From: Oxalobacteraceae bacterium
Lineage (GTDB): Bacteria > Pseudomonadota > Gammaproteobacteria > Burkholderiales > Burkholderiaceae_D
Direction: 5' to 3'
Assembly: GCA_947487325.1 (NCBI GenBank)
Contig: CANKWG010000001.1
Location: 1-37,652, forward strand
DNA: 37,652 nucleotides
The position numbers were made by a program, and so were the translations under genes. Position 1 is the first letter of the stretch; every line of letters begins with the position of its first letter. Under the pieces are notes generated by a model. That model was not told the origin of the DNA and did no database searches. It saw only the letters and a program-made list of their open reading frames with translations. Shown here in pieces: positions 28,705 through 37,652 of this stretch.

Positions 28705-29943
28705 ATGACATTCTCCTTCAGGGATTTGCTTGCCTACGGCTTGTTCGGGTTGCCACTCTCGCTGCTGGCACTGCCTGTGTATGTGATGGTGCCGCAGCTG
28801 TATGCGGGCACGCTGGGGTTATCGCTGACCGCCGTCGGCAGCCTGTTGCTGGCAGCGCGATTGTTTGACGCTTTCATTGATCCTGCGCTGGGTGGCTGGA
28901 TGGACAGAGCGGCGCTGACGCGGGGTCATGCCGGCTTTGTGTTGATGTCACTGGTGCCGCTGAGCGCCGGTTATCTGGCGCTGTTTCATCCGCCGATGAT
29001 GTCGACGGATCAATTGTATCTGTGGTTCGGTTTGAGCTTGCTGGTGGTTTACGTCGGCTTCAGCATGGCAACGATTGCACATAACAGCTGGGGTGCGAGC
29101 CTCACGCAGCAGCGCGGCGAACGCGCACGATTGACAGCAACGCGTGAAGCCTGCGCACTGGCGGGTGTAGTGGTGGCGGGAGCACTACCGATGGTTAGCG
29201 GCATGGCTGGGTTAACGGTCGTTTTTATCTTGCTGCTGGCGGTCACGGCTTTTGTGCTGCTGCGCTTTGCGCCGCGCGCGTTGGTGCGCACGGCAGAGGA
29301 TGCGCCAGCACACTCGGTCATGCTGCCTCTGCGTGACCGACAGTTTCGCTGGCTCCTTGCCGTGTTCGCCGTCAATGGGATTGCGGCTGCGATACCCGCC
29401 ACGCTGTTCATGTTTTTTGCATCAGATGGACTGCAGCTACCGGAATATGCCGGCTTGTTTCTGGTGCTGTATTTCTTTGCCGCCGCACTGGCTTTGCCCG
29501 GCTGGGCGAAGCTGGCTTCACGTGTCGGTGAAGCCAGTGCCTGGCTGATAGGCATGGTGCTTGCCGTGAGTGCTTTCGTGTGGACTGCACAGCTTGAAAG
29601 TGGCGCGCTGGTGTCATTTGCCGTGATTTGTGTGCTTTCTGGCGCAGCACTGGGTGCAGATCTGGCCTTACCGCCAGCCTTGCTGGCCGGTGTGATAGGC
29701 GCGGCAGGACATAGCGGCCAACGCGAAGGCGCGTATTTCGGGCTTTGGAGCTGGATGACCAAGCTCAACTTGGCGCTGGCTGCAGGTATCTCACTGCCCT
29801 TGTTGGATTGGCTTGGTTATGCGCCCGGTCATGCAAGTGAGGAAGGATTACGCGCATTGGTGATCGGGTATGCGTTACTACCGTGTGGACTGAAAGTGTG
29901 TGCGGGATTGCTGTTGTGGCGCTCACCGCTGAAGCAAGTATGA
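28705..29943 (+). CDS. MFS transporter (GPH-like)
   Basis: Many TMs, ARLFDAFIDP, EGAYFGLWSWMTK. Confidence 0.88.
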   Translation: MTFSFRDLLAYGLFGLPLSLLALPVYVMVPQLYAGTLGLSLTAVGSLLLAARLFDAFIDPALGGWMDRAALTRGHAGFVLMSLVPLSAGYLALFHPPMMSTDQLYLWFGLSLLVVYVGFSMATIAHNSWGASLTQQRGERARLTATREACALAGVVVAGALPMVSGMAGLTVVFILLLAVTAFVLLRFAPRALVRTAEDAPAHSVMLPLRDRQFRWLLAVFAVNGIAAAIPATLFMFFASDGLQLPEYAGLFLVLYFFAAALALPGWAKLASRVGEASAWLIGMVLAVSAFVWTAQLESGALVSFAVICVLSGAALGADLALPPALLAGVIGAAGHSGQREGAYFGLWSWMTKLNLALAAGISLPLLDWLGYAPGHASEEGLRALVIGYALLPCGLKVCAGLLLWRSPLKQV

Positions 29944-30002
29944 AGCTGAGATGTGAAATAAAACGCGGGACAACACCAGAATGAAAACTATGGAGATGGA
30001 TT

Positions 30003-30542
30003 GTGAATGCATGGATACGATCAATCAGCCTTGCGCTGGTAATCTCAGTGGCTGGCTGCGGAGCAACAATGACGCCCGCTGATTACGCTGGCGAGCAGCC
30101 GGCGCTCGACCTGAAAACCTATTTCAACGGCACCGTGGATGCCTGGGGTATGTTTCAGGATCGCTCTGGCAAAGTCATCAAGCGCTTCACTGTGGTGATG
30201 CATTGCACTTGGGATGGCGACACGGGCACACTGGATGAAGATTTCACCTACTCAGATGGCACCACGCAAAAACGCGTATGGACGCTCAAGAAAGTGGGCG
30301 AGAACCGCTACATCGGCACCGCAGGTGATGTGATCGGTGAGGCCGATGGCACGGTCGGTGGCAACACACTGAACTGGAAGTATGTGCTGGCGCTCCCAGT
30401 GGATGGCAAGGTTTATCACGTTAATTTCGATGACTGGATGTACCAGATGGACGAGAACGTGATGCTCAACCGCGCGGTCATGAGCAAGTTCGGCATACGG
30501 CTGGGTGAAGTCACTCTGTCATTTCGAAAAAGGCCTCAGTGA
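30003..30542 (+). CDS. DUF3833 family lipoprotein
   Basis: VAGC lipobox, AWGMFQDRSG, LDEDF, FDDWMY, KFG. Confidence 0.87.
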   Translation: MNAWIRSISLALVISVAGCGATMTPADYAGEQPALDLKTYFNGTVDAWGMFQDRSGKVIKRFTVVMHCTWDGDTGTLDEDFTYSDGTTQKRVWTLKKVGENRYIGTAGDVIGEADGTVGGNTLNWKYVLALPVDGKVYHVNFDDWMYQMDENVMLNRAVMSKFGIRLGEVTLSFRKRPQ

Positions 30543-31387
30543 TGATCCAAGCTCCGCACGCAAAGCGGGTGCTAGACGCGCCGACGATGCTGTATGAAAC
30601 GGCAGACCGCGGCATGAATCGGCGCATCCGGGACTGGCGCGGCGCGCGAGTGTGGATCATTGGTGCATCGACAGGCATCGGTGCGGAGACGGCCAAGCTG
30701 CTGCTCGAGAAAGGCGCGCACGTCGCGATCTCGGCGCGCAAAGCGGACACGCTGCAACAAATAGCAGACAAACATCCACAAGCGCTGGTACTGCCACTGG
30801 ATGTGACAGAGCATGCGCAGGTCATGGCCGCGCGCGATCAGCTGCTCGCCCAATGGGGTGGACTGGATCTGATGCTGATTGTGGCCGGCGCCTACAATGA
30901 AATGCGTGTCGATACTTTTGATATGGGGGTCGTGAATCAACTCCTGGACGTCAATCTTCGCGGCGTGTTTCACTGCATTGATGCAATGCTGCCGATTTTG
31001 CTCGACCAGAAAAGCGGTGGTGGCGGGATCGGCATCGTGTCATCGGTCGCTGGCTACTCGGGTTTACCCAAGGCGCTGGTATATGGCCCGACCAAGGCGG
31101 CGCTGATCAATCTATGCGAATCACTGTACTTTGATCTGCATCCGCGCGGGCATGCGGTGTATATGATTAATCCGGGTTTCGTTGCCACACCGGCGACTGC
31201 AAACAATGACTTTGTCATGCCGGGGCTGATCAGTGCTGGACAGGCAGCACAAGAAATTGTCCGAGGGATGGAAAAAGGCGTCTTCCATATTCACTTCCCC
31301 AAAGGCTTTACGAACTGGCTGAGAGCGGCGAGGCTACTACCCTATCGCTGGTATTTTTCACTGATCCACAAAGTGACTGGTCTATGA
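30539..31387 (+). CDS. Short-chain dehydrogenase/reductase
   Basis: GASTGIG, SSVAG, YGPTK, PGFV. True start may be ATG 30614. Confidence 0.92.
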   Translation: MMIQAPHAKRVLDAPTMLYETADRGMNRRIRDWRGARVWIIGASTGIGAETAKLLLEKGAHVAISARKADTLQQIADKHPQALVLPLDVTEHAQVMAARDQLLAQWGGLDLMLIVAGAYNEMRVDTFDMGVVNQLLDVNLRGVFHCIDAMLPILLDQKSGGGGIGIVSSVAGYSGLPKALVYGPTKAALINLCESLYFDLHPRGHAVYMINPGFVATPATANNDFVMPGLISAGQAAQEIVRGMEKGVFHIHFPKGFTNWLRAARLLPYRWYFSLIHKVTGL

Positions 31388-31815
31388 ATCACGAAGACGC
31401 CCTGAAAAAACTTATCCTGTTTTTTGAAACGATTGAGGCGGGCAAGATCGACCAGTTAGCCGAGGTTTATACCGAGGATGTGTTTTTCAAAGATCCCTTC
31501 AATGAAGTGCATGGGCTCCCTGAAGTTGTGCGTATTTTTTCGCACATGTTCGAACAGGTCGATAGTCCGCGTTTTGTCGTGACAAGTCACGTACTGCAAG
31601 GCGATCAGGCATTTCTGACTTGGGATTTTCTGTTTCGCATGAAACGCTTTTCTGCGGCAGAGCAATGCATACGAGGCGCCACGCATCTTCGCTTCGGCTC
31701 CGACGGCAAGGCAAACTTCCATCGCGATTACTGGGACGCCGCAGAAGAGCTCTATGAAAAACTGCCGTTGCTGGGTTCCCTAATGCGCGGCTTGAAACGA
31801 CTGGCGCGCAGATAA
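31384..31815 (+). CDS. SnoaL/NTF2-like protein
   Basis: FKDPFN, HRDYWD, LYEKLPLLG. Confidence 0.88.
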   Translation: MNHEDALKKLILFFETIEAGKIDQLAEVYTEDVFFKDPFNEVHGLPEVVRIFSHMFEQVDSPRFVVTSHVLQGDQAFLTWDFLFRMKRFSAAEQCIRGATHLRFGSDGKANFHRDYWDAAEELYEKLPLLGSLMRGLKRLARR

Positions 31816-31899
31816 GCACTTCGATCAAATCAGGCCAGCTAACGCGGGGCACCTGTTTTCGTGATCGCTGCACTGGTCTTGACTGAGAGACTGAATCAT

Positions 31900-32487
31900 T
31901 TACGTCTTGGAGTTTTTCGCTTCGCGCGCGGTGGTGGTTTTTTTTGTCGTCCCTGCCGCCTTCTTTTTTGCCGCAGTTTTCTTGCTAGCCGTTTTCTTGC
32001 TGACAGTTTTCTTCGCCGGCGTCACGACCTGATTGACTGCCTGAGCAAACTGATCCTGTACCGTATTCCACCACAAAGCCGAGTTGGCGAACTGCGCTGC
32101 GATTGCCGCCGTGTCTGGCATTCCTGACGCGGATTTGTCCGTCTTGTCAGCAGATTTTTCAAATGGCGACTCGAACTCCGACTTGCTCTCCGCCGTGGGT
32201 CGGCTGGTACCTGCATGCGAAAAACTCTGGCCCATCGCATGAATCGCAGACAGGGTTGCGCTCTGGACTTCCAGCGTCTGTATTGTGGTGCGCAACATGT
32301 TCATGTTCATTTGCAACCAGGACTCGACGGCCTTGAGATCGGTAATTTGTTTGTTGATGTCATCGGGTGACATTGACGGCATTGACATGCCGGGTATTTT
32401 CATCGCACCCCACATATTGCGCACGAATTCGAGGGTATCGTTCATCGCGCCGGCTCCCGGCAAACCATCCATGTTGTTGCTGGACAT
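31900..32487 (-). CDS. phaM: PhaM family PHA granule-associated protein
   Basis: DLKAVESWLQMN, LEVQSATL, LWWN-QDQF, Lys/Ala/Thr-rich tail. Confidence 0.8.
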   Translation of the reverse strand: MSSNNMDGLPGAGAMNDTLEFVRNMWGAMKIPGMSMPSMSPDDINKQITDLKAVESWLQMNMNMLRTTIQTLEVQSATLSAIHAMGQSFSHAGTSRPTAESKSEFESPFEKSADKTDKSASGMPDTAAIAAQFANSALWWNTVQDQFAQAVNQVVTPAKKTVSKKTASKKTAAKKKAAGTTKKTTTAREAKNSKT

Positions 32488-32640
32488 TACGCATCTCCCA
32501 AAGCGGTACCATCAGAACGGCTGATGCCATCCTTTTCAGCAAAAGAGTAACAGATCGGATGATGTTGACCCGACCCGAATGATTCTGTGCGGCGCTAAAT
32601 CAAACAAGCACACTCAATTTGACACCGGTAAACTAGCGAT

Positions 32641-33840
32641 ATGTCCGTGCGTGACCCATTCCCTTATTCGCTGCTGCCATCCGGTCGAAAAGCCGGATTT
32701 GTGCTGCTGGTTCTTCTCTTCTCTCTGCTGGCGCATCTGTTCATTATTCAATGGGCAAAAGACAGTCTTGCACTGGTATCGCTGCTTGAGGATGATGAAG
32801 AGGATTTAATTCAGGTCACGCTGCAGACGATAACAAGATCTCAACCCCCAGAACCAACGCCGCGCCAGCCACCACCCCCGTTGTCCAGCCCTGAAAAATC
32901 ACCACCGCTCTTGCCCGAGGCCCCGGCGACAAGCCCACCGCCGATCGAGCGCGAGGCTATAGCCCCTGCAGCCCCCGTCGTCACCGGGCCACTGGTCGCC
33001 ACGCCGGATCCCATGGCCACACCCGTCGAGACTGTAATTGAAGCGCCAGCGACGAGCGCCACTGCGACACCGGAACCGATACCATCACCGCCGCACACAA
33101 ATTCCACACGAACGGATGGGCAAACTACAGCAGCCCCCACAGCAGCGCCCCCACCAGCAGCCACTAGCGAGATGCCGCCCTTGTTTTCGCGGGTCAGCCT
33201 GCCGCCCTCCGCTGATCTCAGCTATGACGCGCTTGCGATCAAAGGCAGCAGCAAGGTTGAGGGGCGGGGTCTAGTTAAGTGGGTGCAGGACGGTCGACAG
33301 TACTCGATCACCGGCGAAGCATCGGTATTGTTTTTATCTGTACTCAGCTACCGGAGCGAAGGTCGCCTCGGCGAGGTGGGTATCCTGCCAGAGCTTTATA
33401 CAGAAAAGCGATTGGGAAAGTCTTCGACCAATACGCATTTTCATCGCGAGCGCCAGACGATCAGTTTCTCGGCCTCGACCAACAACTACCCCGTCAAGGG
33501 CGGTGAACAGGATCGCGGCAGCGTGTTCTGGCAGCTAGCCGGTCTGGCGCGCGGCAATCCTGAAAAAATCCAAGCGGGCTTGTCATTCGAACTGGTCATT
33601 GCCGGTAGCCGCACCGCCGATCCGTGGCGCGTGACGGTACATGGAACTGAATCGATCACACTAGGTCAAGGCCGAACCGATGCCTGGCATATGAGCTTGG
33701 TGAGGCCTGACGGCGGTACCGACTACCAGCTCGAGGTCTGGGTCGCACCCGAACAGGACTGGTACCCAGTCAAAATTATGTATGCGGATCGCAAGGGAAC
33801 ATCGCTTGGGTTAACCTTGTCGAAAATTGAAAAAAAATGA
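32641..33840 (+). CDS. DUF3108-like protein with TM anchor and Pro-rich linker
   Basis: SLLAHL TM, long Pro/Ala/Thr linker, GEQDR and VWVAPEQDWYPVKI. Confidence 0.8.
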   Translation: MSVRDPFPYSLLPSGRKAGFVLLVLLFSLLAHLFIIQWAKDSLALVSLLEDDEEDLIQVTLQTITRSQPPEPTPRQPPPPLSSPEKSPPLLPEAPATSPPPIEREAIAPAAPVVTGPLVATPDPMATPVETVIEAPATSATATPEPIPSPPHTNSTRTDGQTTAAPTAAPPPAATSEMPPLFSRVSLPPSADLSYDALAIKGSSKVEGRGLVKWVQDGRQYSITGEASVLFLSVLSYRSEGRLGEVGILPELYTEKRLGKSSTNTHFHRERQTISFSASTNNYPVKGGEQDRGSVFWQLAGLARGNPEKIQAGLSFELVIAGSRTADPWRVTVHGTESITLGQGRTDAWHMSLVRPDGGTDYQLEVWVAPEQDWYPVKIMYADRKGTSLGLTLSKIEKK

Positions 33841-33880
33841 ACATCAAAATACCTACGCTCTCAGTTAAAGAAAAAACACG

Positions 33881-34621
33881 ATGCGCATTCTGAAAAAACT
33901 TCCGATGCTGGCGGCTGGCGCACTGTTGAGCTTGAGCCTAAGCCTGACACATGCACAAGAAAAGATGACGGGTAATCCACCGCCATCAAGTCAGCTGCAA
34001 TACCGACTGATCGCTGACATCAAAGGACTCTCAGTCGAGGGCAACGGACAAATCGATTGGCAAGTCGATGCAAAACAATATCGGCTGAGTTTTGATATGT
34101 CCACTCAGCTGACAGGCCAGTTGATGTTGGAAAAAAGCGAGGGCACCATCGATCGTAGCGGACTGGTACCGGCGAATTTTTTACTAAAACGCATTCGCAA
34201 GGAGCCTGTGACTGTTGTCTTTGATCGTCGTGCTGGCCAGATCAACTTCGCGGGTGATACTCCCGCTCACAAAATTCAGGGCGGCGAACAGGATAGGCTC
34301 AGCGTCATCTGGCAGTTGTTATCGGTGGCGCGTGCACGCCCTGGCAGTTTCATTCCTGGCTCAAGCTGGAAATTTTTTGTCGCCGGCCATCGTAGCGGCG
34401 AATCCTGGACCTTTCAGGTAAAAGACAAGCAGCGACTGCGTACTGATCTCGGCGAAGTCGATACATTACATGTGACCTATGTACCAAACGATAGCAATAA
34501 TGGGCGACAAATCGATATCTGGCTCGCGCCATCCCAAGAATGGTTCCCGGTGCGTCTGCGCTTTACCGAGCCCAACGGCGATTCAATTGAGCAAACGATA
34601 GAAAAAATTATAAAAAAATGA
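33881..34621 (+). CDS. DUF3108-like periplasmic protein
   Basis: Signal peptide, [26 protein letters not shown]; similar to the upstream gene's C-terminal domain. Confidence 0.8.
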   Translation: MRILKKLPMLAAGALLSLSLSLTHAQEKMTGNPPPSSQLQYRLIADIKGLSVEGNGQIDWQVDAKQYRLSFDMSTQLTGQLMLEKSEGTIDRSGLVPANFLLKRIRKEPVTVVFDRRAGQINFAGDTPAHKIQGGEQDRLSVIWQLLSVARARPGSFIPGSSWKFFVAGHRSGESWTFQVKDKQRLRTDLGEVDTLHVTYVPNDSNNGRQIDIWLAPSQEWFPVRLRFTEPNGDSIEQTIEKIIKK

Positions 34622-35352
34622 GTTCTTCAGCACTGGTGCTTTTTTCAGGTGGTCAGGATTCGACGACCTGCCTGGCTTGGGCACTGTCACGCTATGCGCG
34701 CGTCGAGACACTGGGGTTTGACTATGGTCAGCGGCATGCGGTTGAGCTCAGCCTGCGGCCCTCACTTTTATCATCTATACGCACATTGAATGCTGAATGG
34801 CATGACAGGCTGGGTGAGGATCATCTGCTCGATCTGTCATTGCTAGGGAAGATTTCAGACACCGCACTCACACGTGATACGGCGATTACGATGCAAGCGA
34901 ATGGTTTACCGAATACCTTCGTGCCAGGTCGCAATCTGCTTTTCATTACCGTCGCAGCAGCACTCGCTTACCGCCGCGGCATTGATGTCATCGTCGGCGG
35001 TATGTGCGAGACAGATTACTCTGGCTATCCAGACTGTCGCGATCACAGTCTGCGCGCACTCGAATCAGCGCTGCAGCTCGGCATGGCAACCACGCTGTCA
35101 CTACAAACACCGCTGATGTGGCTAAACAAGGCCGCGACCTGGCAGCTGGCTCACGATTTGGGTGGCGAGCCACTGGTGACTTTGATACGTACTGATACGC
35201 ACACGTGCTATCTGGGGGAACGGGGCTTATTGCATGACTGGGGTCACGGCTGTGGCACTTGTCCGGCGTGTGAATTGCGGGCGAATGGCTATCGTGAATA
35301 CGCCGCTGGTACATCAGCGAAAGACACTGGATCCCGGCTTTCGCCGGGATGA
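34618..35352 (+). CDS. queC: 7-cyano-7-deazaguanine synthase
   Basis: [27 protein letters not shown]...GCGTCPAC. Confidence 0.96.
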   Translation: MSSSALVLFSGGQDSTTCLAWALSRYARVETLGFDYGQRHAVELSLRPSLLSSIRTLNAEWHDRLGEDHLLDLSLLGKISDTALTRDTAITMQANGLPNTFVPGRNLLFITVAAALAYRRGIDVIVGGMCETDYSGYPDCRDHSLRALESALQLGMATTLSLQTPLMWLNKAATWQLAHDLGGEPLVTLIRTDTHTCYLGERGLLHDWGHGCGTCPACELRANGYREYAAGTSAKDTGSRLSPG

Positions 35353-35373
35353 CGGTAGTTATTGATGCGAACT

Positions 35374-35406
35374 AAAAACACCCAACGTCATCGCGACGTT
35401 GGGTGT
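35374..35406 (-). terminator. Intrinsic terminator between convergent queC and oxidoreductase genes
   Basis: ACACCCAACGTC-ATCGC-GACGTTGGGTGT 12-bp stem, with an A-run on the left (U-tract on the minus strand). Confidence 0.82.
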
Positions 35407-35415
35407 AGCAGGGGA

Positions 35416-37652
35416 TCACGCAGCGTGCCGCCCCGATTCCGGCGGAGACTTCGCTGTCGGATTCAAGGCATCAAGCAGCTTGGCCTCTTTCTGCTTAGCG
35501 TTTTTCAAATGCCGTTCTTTCACATGACCATAGCCCCGGATATCTTCCGGAACGCTGGCCAGCTCCACCATCTGCGATAAATTCTCGCTACTCAACGTCG
35601 GCAACAGCGTTGCAATGGCATTGCGATATTCAACAATCAAGGCGCGTTCGCTCTTGCGCTCTTCGGTGTGACCAAACGGATCCAGCAAACTGCCGCGCAG
35701 GAAACGCAGTTTCGCCAGCAGCGGAAACACCATACCGACCCAGCTACCGAACTGGCGCTTGATCAGATGACCATTCGTATCGCGTTGTGACAGCAGCGGG
35801 GGCGCAAGATGGTATTTGATCGAATAATTTCCTTCGAACATACCTGCAATTTTTTGTTTAAATGCAGGATCACTGTGCAAACGCGCGACTTCGTACTCAT
35901 CTTTGTAAGCCATGAGCTTGAAGAAATAACGCGCGACAGCCTCGGTCAGACGCAAGCTTTGTCCGGCGGATACCAACTTGCTTTCAGCAGCGCGAACTTG
36001 TTCGACGAACTGCCGATAACTATCAGCATAAGTCGCATTTTGATAATCCGTCAGGAAGGCTATGCGACGCTTGATGGTTTCATCCAAGGTTGGCGCGCGT
36101 TTGAATTCGATCACTTGCGCCGGTGCGAGCGCCTTCATTTCCTTCTCAACGGCTTCCAGATTGTCTGCAGCCAGACGACCCCAGGCAAACGACTGCTGAT
36201 TGAAATCGACGGAAACGCCATTGAGCTCAATCGCCTTCAGCAGCGCCTCCTCCGACAGCGGTACCCAACCACGCTGGAATGCATAACCCAGCATGAACAT
36301 ATTGGTCGCAATCGCATCGCCCATCAGCGTGGTGGCGATCTTGCCAGCCTCGATGGCAGCGACGGCTTCATCACCACAGGCCTTGCGGATATTGTCCGCA
36401 GCGCTGGCATCTGGATAGACCCAGTCCGGATTTTTGACAAACGCAGCCGTTGGCGCAAGTGTGGAATTAATGACCGCATGCGTGCGGCCACTGCCCATAC
36501 GCGCGATTGCATCCTTGCTCGCGGCAACAATCACATCGCAACCAATCACAAGATCCGCTGCACCGGTACCGACGCGGGTGGAATGTATCTGGTCATCTTT
36601 TTCTGCCAGACGCACATGCGACATCACCGGTCCGCCTTTTTGCGCGAGGCCGCTCATGTCGAGCACGCTGCAAGCCTTGCCGCCGACGTGCGCTGCCATC
36701 GCCAGAATCTGGCCCACGGTCACTACGCCCGTGCCGCCAATACCGGTGACCAGCACGCCGAAGGGCTCGCTGAGCGAAGGCAATTGCGGCGCGCTCAGTT
36801 TTGCGGCGCGTGACATGGCAGAAATTGCACTGCCGCTCGCATCTTTCATCGCCGCTTTTTTCGGCTTCTTCAGTTGCCCGCCTTCGACCGTGACAAAGCT
36901 CGGGCAAAAACCAGTCACGCAAGAGAAGTCCTTGTTGCAGCTGGATTGATTGATCTGACGCTTGCGGCCGAATTCTGTTTCGAGTGGCTCGACTGACAGA
37001 CAATTCGATTTGACGCTGCAATCACCACAACCTTCGCATACCGCCTCATTGATCACAGCACGCTTGGCCGGATCAGGAAAGGCATTGCGCTTCCTGCGGC
37101 GACGCTTCTCGGACGCACAGGTTTGGTCGTAGATGATGGCAGAAACACCTTTGACTTCACGCATTTCACGCTGCACGGCGTCGAGCTCGCTGCGATGACG
37201 AATCGTCACGCCCGGTGCCCAGTTGGTGGTGGCCGGATATTTGTCCGGCTCATCGGTGACAACGACAATCGGCGTCACACCTTCAGCAGCGACCTGACGC
37301 GAAATCGTCGCAGGATCAAGCGGACCATCATGGGTCTGGCCGCCGGTCATGGCTACCGCGTCGTTGAACAAAATCTTGTAGGTCATGTTGACCTTGGCTG
37401 CAGCAGAGGCACGAATCGCGAGCAGACCCGAGTGATAGTAAGTGCCGTCACCAATATTGGCGAACACATGCTGCTCGGTGGTGAAGGGCGCATGACCAAT
37501 CCAGGTCGTACCTTCGGCACCCATGTGCGTGAAGGTCGAGGTGGAGCGATCCATCCACAAAGCCATGTAATGGCAACCGATGCCGGCGAGTGCACGACTG
37601 CCTTCGGGTACACGCGTTGAGGTGTTGTGCGGACAGCCTGAGCAAAAATACG
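35416..37652 (-). CDS. Indolepyruvate ferredoxin oxidoreductase family protein, fused type (5' part beyond window)
   Basis: Frame is open to the right edge (YFCSGCPHNTS...GIGCHYM). Contains GDGTYYHSG, CEGCGDC...C, GIGGTGV, AYKDEYEVARL. Confidence 0.95.
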   Translation of the reverse strand, partial: YFCSGCPHNTSTRVPEGSRALAGIGCHYMALWMDRSTSTFTHMGAEGTTWIGHAPFTTEQHVFANIGDGTYYHSGLLAIRASAAAKVNMTYKILFNDAVAMTGGQTHDGPLDPATISRQVAAEGVTPIVVVTDEPDKYPATTNWAPGVTIRHRSELDAVQREMREVKGVSAIIYDQTCASEKRRRRKRNAFPDPAKRAVINEAVCEGCGDCSVKSNCLSVEPLETEFGRKRQINQSSCNKDFSCVTGFCPSFVTVEGGQLKKPKKAAMKDASGSAISAMSRAAKLSAPQLPSLSEPFGVLVTGIGGTGVVTVGQILAMAAHVGGKACSVLDMSGLAQKGGPVMSHVRLAEKDDQIHSTRVGTGAADLVIGCDVIVAASKDAIARMGSGRTHAVINSTLAPTAAFVKNPDWVYPDASAADNIRKACGDEAVAAIEAGKIATTLMGDAIATNMFMLGYAFQRGWVPLSEEALLKAIELNGVSVDFNQQSFAWGRLAADNLEAVEKEMKALAPAQVIEFKRAPTLDETIKRRIAFLTDYQNATYADSYRQFVEQVRAAESKLVSAGQSLRLTEAVARYFFKLMAYKDEYEVARLHSDPAFKQKIAGMFEGNYSIKYHLAPPLLSQRDTNGHLIKRQFGSWVGMVFPLLAKLRFLRGSLLDPFGHTEERKSERALIVEYRNAIATLLPTLSSENLSQMVELASVPEDIRGYGHVKERHLKNAKQKEAKLLDALNPTAKSPPESGRHAA

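Noticed and set aside
31900-32020. Lys/Ala/Thr low-complexity repeats
   Set aside because: Expected DNA-binding tail of PhaM.
34618-35352. queC as part of a 7-deazaguanine DNA-modification or defence island
   Set aside because: Canonical QueC sequence with no dpdA/TGT-like, TatD or other defence neighbours in the window.
35809-36813. 334-aa plus-strand ORF
   Set aside because: Antisense to the well-supported oxidoreductase gene; no motifs.

Overview
Betaproteobacterial (Burkholderiales-like; inferred from gene content) chromosomal window. 1-7210 is an accessory, partly AT-rich minus-strand locus. In transcription order it holds an HlyB-type T1SS ABC transporter, a small membrane ORF (possible relic), three tandem paralogous ~190-aa multi-TM proteins (the middle one frameshifted in a T8 tract) and a large RTX protein. 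The RTX gene is absent from the ORF track; it starts at 2902 and runs off the left edge. It has a ~227-aa N-terminal glycine-zipper/hydrophobic domain joined to a FrpC-type self-processing module, with Glu-Pro where FrpC has the scissile Asp-Pro. This is the best candidate for an undescribed system: a T1SS-exported, self-cleaving polymorphic toxin with an immunity array (inference). The rest is mostly housekeeping: a cytochrome c oxidase and assembly cluster (7465-16443); DUF2244, BioC-like methyltransferase, ComF and trmL; copper-related periplasmic proteins; a diiron ferritin-like protein; an FeS-type photolyase divergent from a gpx/ufaD-like/DUF1365/cfa cluster (furan fatty acid/photo-oxidative stress type); phaM; two DUF3108-like genes; queC; and a partial indolepyruvate ferredoxin oxidoreductase. 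No rRNA, tRNA, CRISPR array, integrase or IS was recognised. All family calls come from motif recognition by eye; no database searches were run.
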